Source: a virus
Virus record (IMG/VR): IMGVR_UViG_3300008108_007904
Length of the DNA stretch: 64,000 nt
Reading direction: 5' to 3' (one strand)
The notes below the pieces were generated by a model. It searched no databases. It saw nothing but the letters and a program-made list of their open reading frames with translations, and was not told the origin of the DNA. The position numbers and the translations under genes were made by a program. This document shows, in pieces, positions 60,588 through 64,000 of the stretch. Every line of letters begins with the position of its first letter. Position 1 is the stretch's first letter.

Positions 60588-60855
60588 GCTTTCGTCAGTA
60601 CACCCTAAGAAAAGATACATATATGCGGTTACCGGTGGTGTATATCTAGGAGAACTCCTTGTCTACATCTCTACAAAAAAAGGTCAAAACGTTCACTCAT
60701 TTCTTGTTTTACCGGAAATGAAGATACGTGAAATACCTATTGATAAGTTTAATCTCGGGGTAAAAGAGCGTATAGTTGATGTTGTAGAGAAATTACCTAA
60801 ATACGCTTATAAGGCTTGTGTGGCACAATATTTTAAAAATACCGCACAAGCATAA
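60553..60855 (+). CDS. Hypothetical protein
   Basis: ORF in operon. Confidence 0.5.
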   Translation: MLHYLTKILTSKLSSVHPKKRYIYAVTGGVYLGELLVYISTKKGQNVHSFLVLPEMKIREIPIDKFNLGVKERIVDVVEKLPKYAYKACVAQYFKNTAQA

Positions 60856-60863
60856 ATAATAAC

Positions 60864-61040
60864 ATGGATATAATTCAACCAAAGATCATCACATCACCTA
60901 TAAGTGGACAGCCTTCTCGCCCTATTCTTAAAAAATATATCCGAGAGGGTAAAGAAATTGTAGAAGCAGAGTATTACGATCCTGCTTCAGGTGCATTTAT
61001 TCGTAAGGGTGTCGTTTCTGTAACAGATATACAAAAATAA
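60864..61040 (+). CDS. Small hypothetical late protein, 58 aa (not in the ORF track)
   Basis: MDIIQPKIITSPISGQPSRP...YYDPASGAFIRKGVVSVTDIQK*; CATAAATA 5 nt upstream. Confidence 0.7.
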   Translation: MDIIQPKIITSPISGQPSRPILKKYIREGKEIVEAEYYDPASGAFIRKGVVSVTDIQK

Positions 61041-61077
61041 AGCTTGTAAATTCCCAGCAGTCATATATAGTTAATAT

Positions 61078-62115
61078 GTGATATTACCGTTAGAGTATAT
61101 TGTACAGAAATTCTATCAATATGCAGGGTTTCCGAAGTACAAGAAGCTTTCTAAAGCTCATGAAGCGTGCTGTCCTATATGTCGTGAAGGTCGTTCATGG
61201 GGACGAAAAAAACGTTGTTACTATCTAATAGATAAAAATGCCATTTGCTGTCACAATTGTGGCTGGTATTCCAATCCCCTCGAATGGATAATGCAGGTAT
61301 CAGGTCTCACTAGAGAAGAAATTTACAAAGAATCTCAGCATTTCGATGTACTGCCGCTCGACATCTTACACTATGAAAGTGATATTGAGCCTACGAAGAC
61401 CTATCAACACGTGTTGCCGCTTGATAGCATTAACCTATATGATGAGAGTCAGCTACACTTTTATAACAAGAATAAAGTAGTAACTGATGCATTAAAGCTT
61501 ATAAAGGAGAGACGTATTGATAAGGCAGTAAACAGACCTGATACTCTTTGGCTCTCTTTAACAGATAAAGTACATAAGAACCGCATCATTATACCATTTT
61601 ACAACGAAGATGGTGATATTATCTTTTACCAGACAAGAGCTATATATGAAAAAGATACATACCTCAGACCAAAGTATCTCGGTAAAATAAACGGGGAAAG
61701 ATCTTTATTCAATATTAATAAAATTGACCCATCATTAGATTATATTTTTATTTTTGAAGGACCTATCGATGCTTTCTTTGTACGTAATGCAACAGCCGTT
61801 GCAGGCATCCAAGAGAAAAGCAGCAAGACATTCACTGTTCTACAAGAACAACAATTGTCACTTTTTAGACTGTATAAAAAGATATGGGTCTTAGATAGTC
61901 AGTGGTTAGATAATGCTAGTCACAAAAAAACAGAAATTTTAATTGATCAAGGTGAAACAGTATTTATATGGCCTGAGCAGATAGGGAGACAATTTAAAGA
62001 CATAAACGATCTTTGTATTGCCTGTGACAGGTATGAAATACAACCATCACTTTTTATTAAGAACAGTTTTTCAGGTATAAAAGCAAAATTAATGCTCAGT
62101 AATATTAATCGTTAG
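61078..62115 (+). CDS. gp61: DNA primase
   Basis: CPIC...CHNCG zinc finger, IIIPFY, FEGPIDA TOPRIM, KDIND. Confidence 0.93.
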   Translation: MILPLEYIVQKFYQYAGFPKYKKLSKAHEACCPICREGRSWGRKKRCYYLIDKNAICCHNCGWYSNPLEWIMQVSGLTREEIYKESQHFDVLPLDILHYESDIEPTKTYQHVLPLDSINLYDESQLHFYNKNKVVTDALKLIKERRIDKAVNRPDTLWLSLTDKVHKNRIIIPFYNEDGDIIFYQTRAIYEKDTYLRPKYLGKINGERSLFNINKIDPSLDYIFIFEGPIDAFFVRNATAVAGIQEKSSKTFTVLQEQQLSLFRLYKKIWVLDSQWLDNASHKKTEILIDQGETVFIWPEQIGRQFKDINDLCIACDRYEIQPSLFIKNSFSGIKAKLMLSNINR

Positions 62116-62503
62116 CGGATATTTTGTATCCTTTGAATGATTCACTTAACGAGCTTAATTCAGCAGCAAGACGTGAGATTTTTTTCTTTTCACTACGTGC
62201 AATGTCTTGAAAGATAGTTTCGCAAGGAGCTTCATGTAATTTTGACTGAATAGACTCTGGCGATGTACCGTTTAAAAATTCAATAAAGGAATCGAGCTGC
62301 GCAATCCATTCATCGAGTTGCTTAATTTGATTAGCTTTATGTTGATCTACTAATTGCGCTCTTCCTGCTTGCTGTACATCAAAATCACTTGGTCTTGCTG
62401 TATCAAGTTGTTGAGCCATCGCTTCACGATCACTAGCAGGCGCTGGTTGTGGCTCTTCATCAGCTTCGAGTATATAATTAAATTTTTTGCTAAACAAACT
62501 CAT
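62105..62503 (-). CDS. Hypothetical late protein
   Basis: TATAAATA at 62509-62516; begins MSLFSKKFNYILE. Confidence 0.65.
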   Translation of the reverse strand: MSLFSKKFNYILEADEEPQPAPASDREAMAQQLDTARPSDFDVQQAGRAQLVDQHKANQIKQLDEWIAQLDSFIEFLNGTSPESIQSKLHEAPCETIFQDIARSEKKKISRLAAELSSLSESFKGYKISAND

Positions 62504-62535
62504 ATAATTATTTATACAACGTATTAAATATTTTT

Positions 62536-62937
62536 GTGAAAAATAAGCTGTTATTTGAAGATGCTACAATGTACTATAATAAATGGGTACAAGGTATTGC
62601 TGGAAAAGAGTTTGGCACACAGCAGTTAAAATTTAAAGATATAGTAAATGCGAATAAAGACCACGAGTCGCAAAGCCCTAACACTGCAAAAGCGGGTAAT
62701 GTTATGCCATACCCGCTTCCAAACACTGTCTCAATTTTTGGTGACTTAATTATCGGTACATCAAATGCACTTACAATGTTTAAAAATGCTCTTAAAAATC
62801 CTGCAATAAAGCAAAATAAACAAATGGAGGAAGAAATTACTGAGATTATTACCGCTTTAAAAAAATCACTTTTTGAGTTAAATTCTTATTTTGCTAAAGC
62901 AAAAGAAAGAGTTGAAAAAGCGCCACCTGTTTCTTAA
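62536..62937 (+). CDS. Hypothetical late protein
   Basis: ATTAAATA 5 nt before GTG; begins MKNKLLFE. Confidence 0.6.
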   Translation: MKNKLLFEDATMYYNKWVQGIAGKEFGTQQLKFKDIVNANKDHESQSPNTAKAGNVMPYPLPNTVSIFGDLIIGTSNALTMFKNALKNPAIKQNKQMEEEITEIITALKKSLFELNSYFAKAKERVEKAPPVS

Positions 62938-62946
62938 GTTAATTGT

Positions 62947-63369
62947 GTGAAAACACTTATAAAGCAGCTTTTACTGCTTATTACAATAACATCGGCTATT
63001 ACACTTTTCTTTGTAACTGTTGGTGTAAATATATTTGTATCAGTAATTACTAGTCTTGTTATACAATTTGCATTATATAACGGGTTTAATTATATTGTCG
63101 ATAGTATTACTATTTTACGGGTACGTAAAATAGAACTCGAGCAGCTCAAAGAACTTAGCTTCCAGACAACCGAGGTAACGTGTCCATGTTCTGCGAATCA
63201 CAAGCAAATCGTTCCACTAAGATTTAACACTGACAATCAGTATACATGCGTTACTTGCCAAAAACTTATTAAAGTATATATTAATATTGACACGGCTCTT
63301 GCAACTCAACCTATACTTGAGACAAGTACACAAAAAATTAGCATACCGAAAATAGATGATACCAAATAG
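62947..63369 (+). CDS. Membrane protein with a C-terminal Cys cluster
   Basis: Two N-terminal hydrophobic segments; CPC...CVTC. Confidence 0.6.
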   Translation: MKTLIKQLLLLITITSAITLFFVTVGVNIFVSVITSLVIQFALYNGFNYIVDSITILRVRKIELEQLKELSFQTTEVTCPCSANHKQIVPLRFNTDNQYTCVTCQKLIKVYINIDTALATQPILETSTQKISIPKIDDTK

Positions 63370-63820
63370 TATAGCTAATATTACGACGGAAAAACCTAAC
63401 GATATTTTTTCGCAAAAATTGCAGCCTGAAGCTGTCGACTACGATCGACTCACAATGCAATTGAAGCAATTTTTAACTATTGATCAAGCAAAAAAATTTG
63501 ATGAAGGTTATACATTTTATAAAGCATCAACAACGTACAACTTATTTTTAAAAAATATTATTTTATTGTATATTAATACTATAATTTCAGCATTTAAAAA
63601 AAATATAACTGATGATAAAGAAAGATTACTAGCTATTTCAATATATGAAAATGCTCAAAAAACAATAATATCTTTTTTTGAAACTCTATATGTAGCGACA
63701 GAAACTTTATCTGTCGACGAAAAAAATATTGACGTACAGGATATTTCATGTATATTACTCGGGTATGCAACAGAAACACTCAAACGAGCACATAACAATA
63801 AATACATCAAAGGGCAGTGA
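63356..63820 (+). CDS. Hypothetical protein
   Basis: ORF overlapping the upstream gene. Confidence 0.55.
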   Translation: MIPNSIANITTEKPNDIFSQKLQPEAVDYDRLTMQLKQFLTIDQAKKFDEGYTFYKASTTYNLFLKNIILLYINTIISAFKKNITDDKERLLAISIYENAQKTIISFFETLYVATETLSVDEKNIDVQDISCILLGYATETLKRAHNNKYIKGQ

Positions 63821-63824
63821 GACA

Positions 63825-64000
63825 ATGTCGAAAAATGAATATACACGTTGGCTTTGTCTACTTGAAGCTGTCGACATTGTTTCAGGTAAAATGAAACAGC
63901 TCGGTCACCGCTTGCAGAATGAAGATATGGATTGGATTAAGCCGCTTGCTTTTCAAAAATATATTACAGAACGATATGAATCTATGAAGTGTGAACTTGA
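63825..64000 (+). CDS. Hypothetical protein (3'-partial)
   Basis: MSKNEYTRWLCLLEAVD...WIKPLAFQKYITERY, open to the window edge. Confidence 0.6.
   Translation, partial: MSKNEYTRWLCLLEAVDIVSGKMKQLGHRLQNEDMDWIKPLAFQKYITERYESMKCEL

Noticed and set aside
1-64000. Stop-codon reassignment, CRISPR array, tRNA genes
   Set aside because: Core genes are full length in the standard code and end in TAA, TAG or TGA. No repeat-spacer periodicity or cloverleaf was seen, and intergenic gaps are mostly very short. This was checked by eye only.

Overview
This is an AT-rich, gene-dense fragment of a divergent T4-like myophage genome; no host genes, tRNAs, CRISPR arrays, introns or inteins were recognised. It contains: (i) a partial gp5-like baseplate hub; (ii) a head/neck block (gp23, gp22, gp21, gp4, gp13, gp20, gp15); (iii) a scrambled replication/recombination set (gp43, gp41, gp61, gp32, gp45, gp62, gp59-like, gp46/47, UvsW/X/Y, gp55, DinG-like helicase); (iv) a complete but dispersed 7-deazaguanine pathway (folE, queD, queE, queC, queF) plus a TGT/DpdA-like gene clustered with a PurN-like formyltransferase, a MazG-like protein and a nucleotide kinase, which predicts hypermodified guanine in the phage DNA; (v) a ~13 kb glycosyltransferase/epimerase/methyltransferase island. 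Beyond gene content, both promoter classes (sigma70-like and gp55-type TAAATA) sit so that the predicted +1 falls on or next to the start codon, implying leaderless mRNAs. About a dozen small late genes share a capsid-targeting-like N-terminus, one of which copies the N-arm of the major capsid protein. The amidotransferase appears to start at ATT. All product calls come from motif recognition by eye, with no database search.
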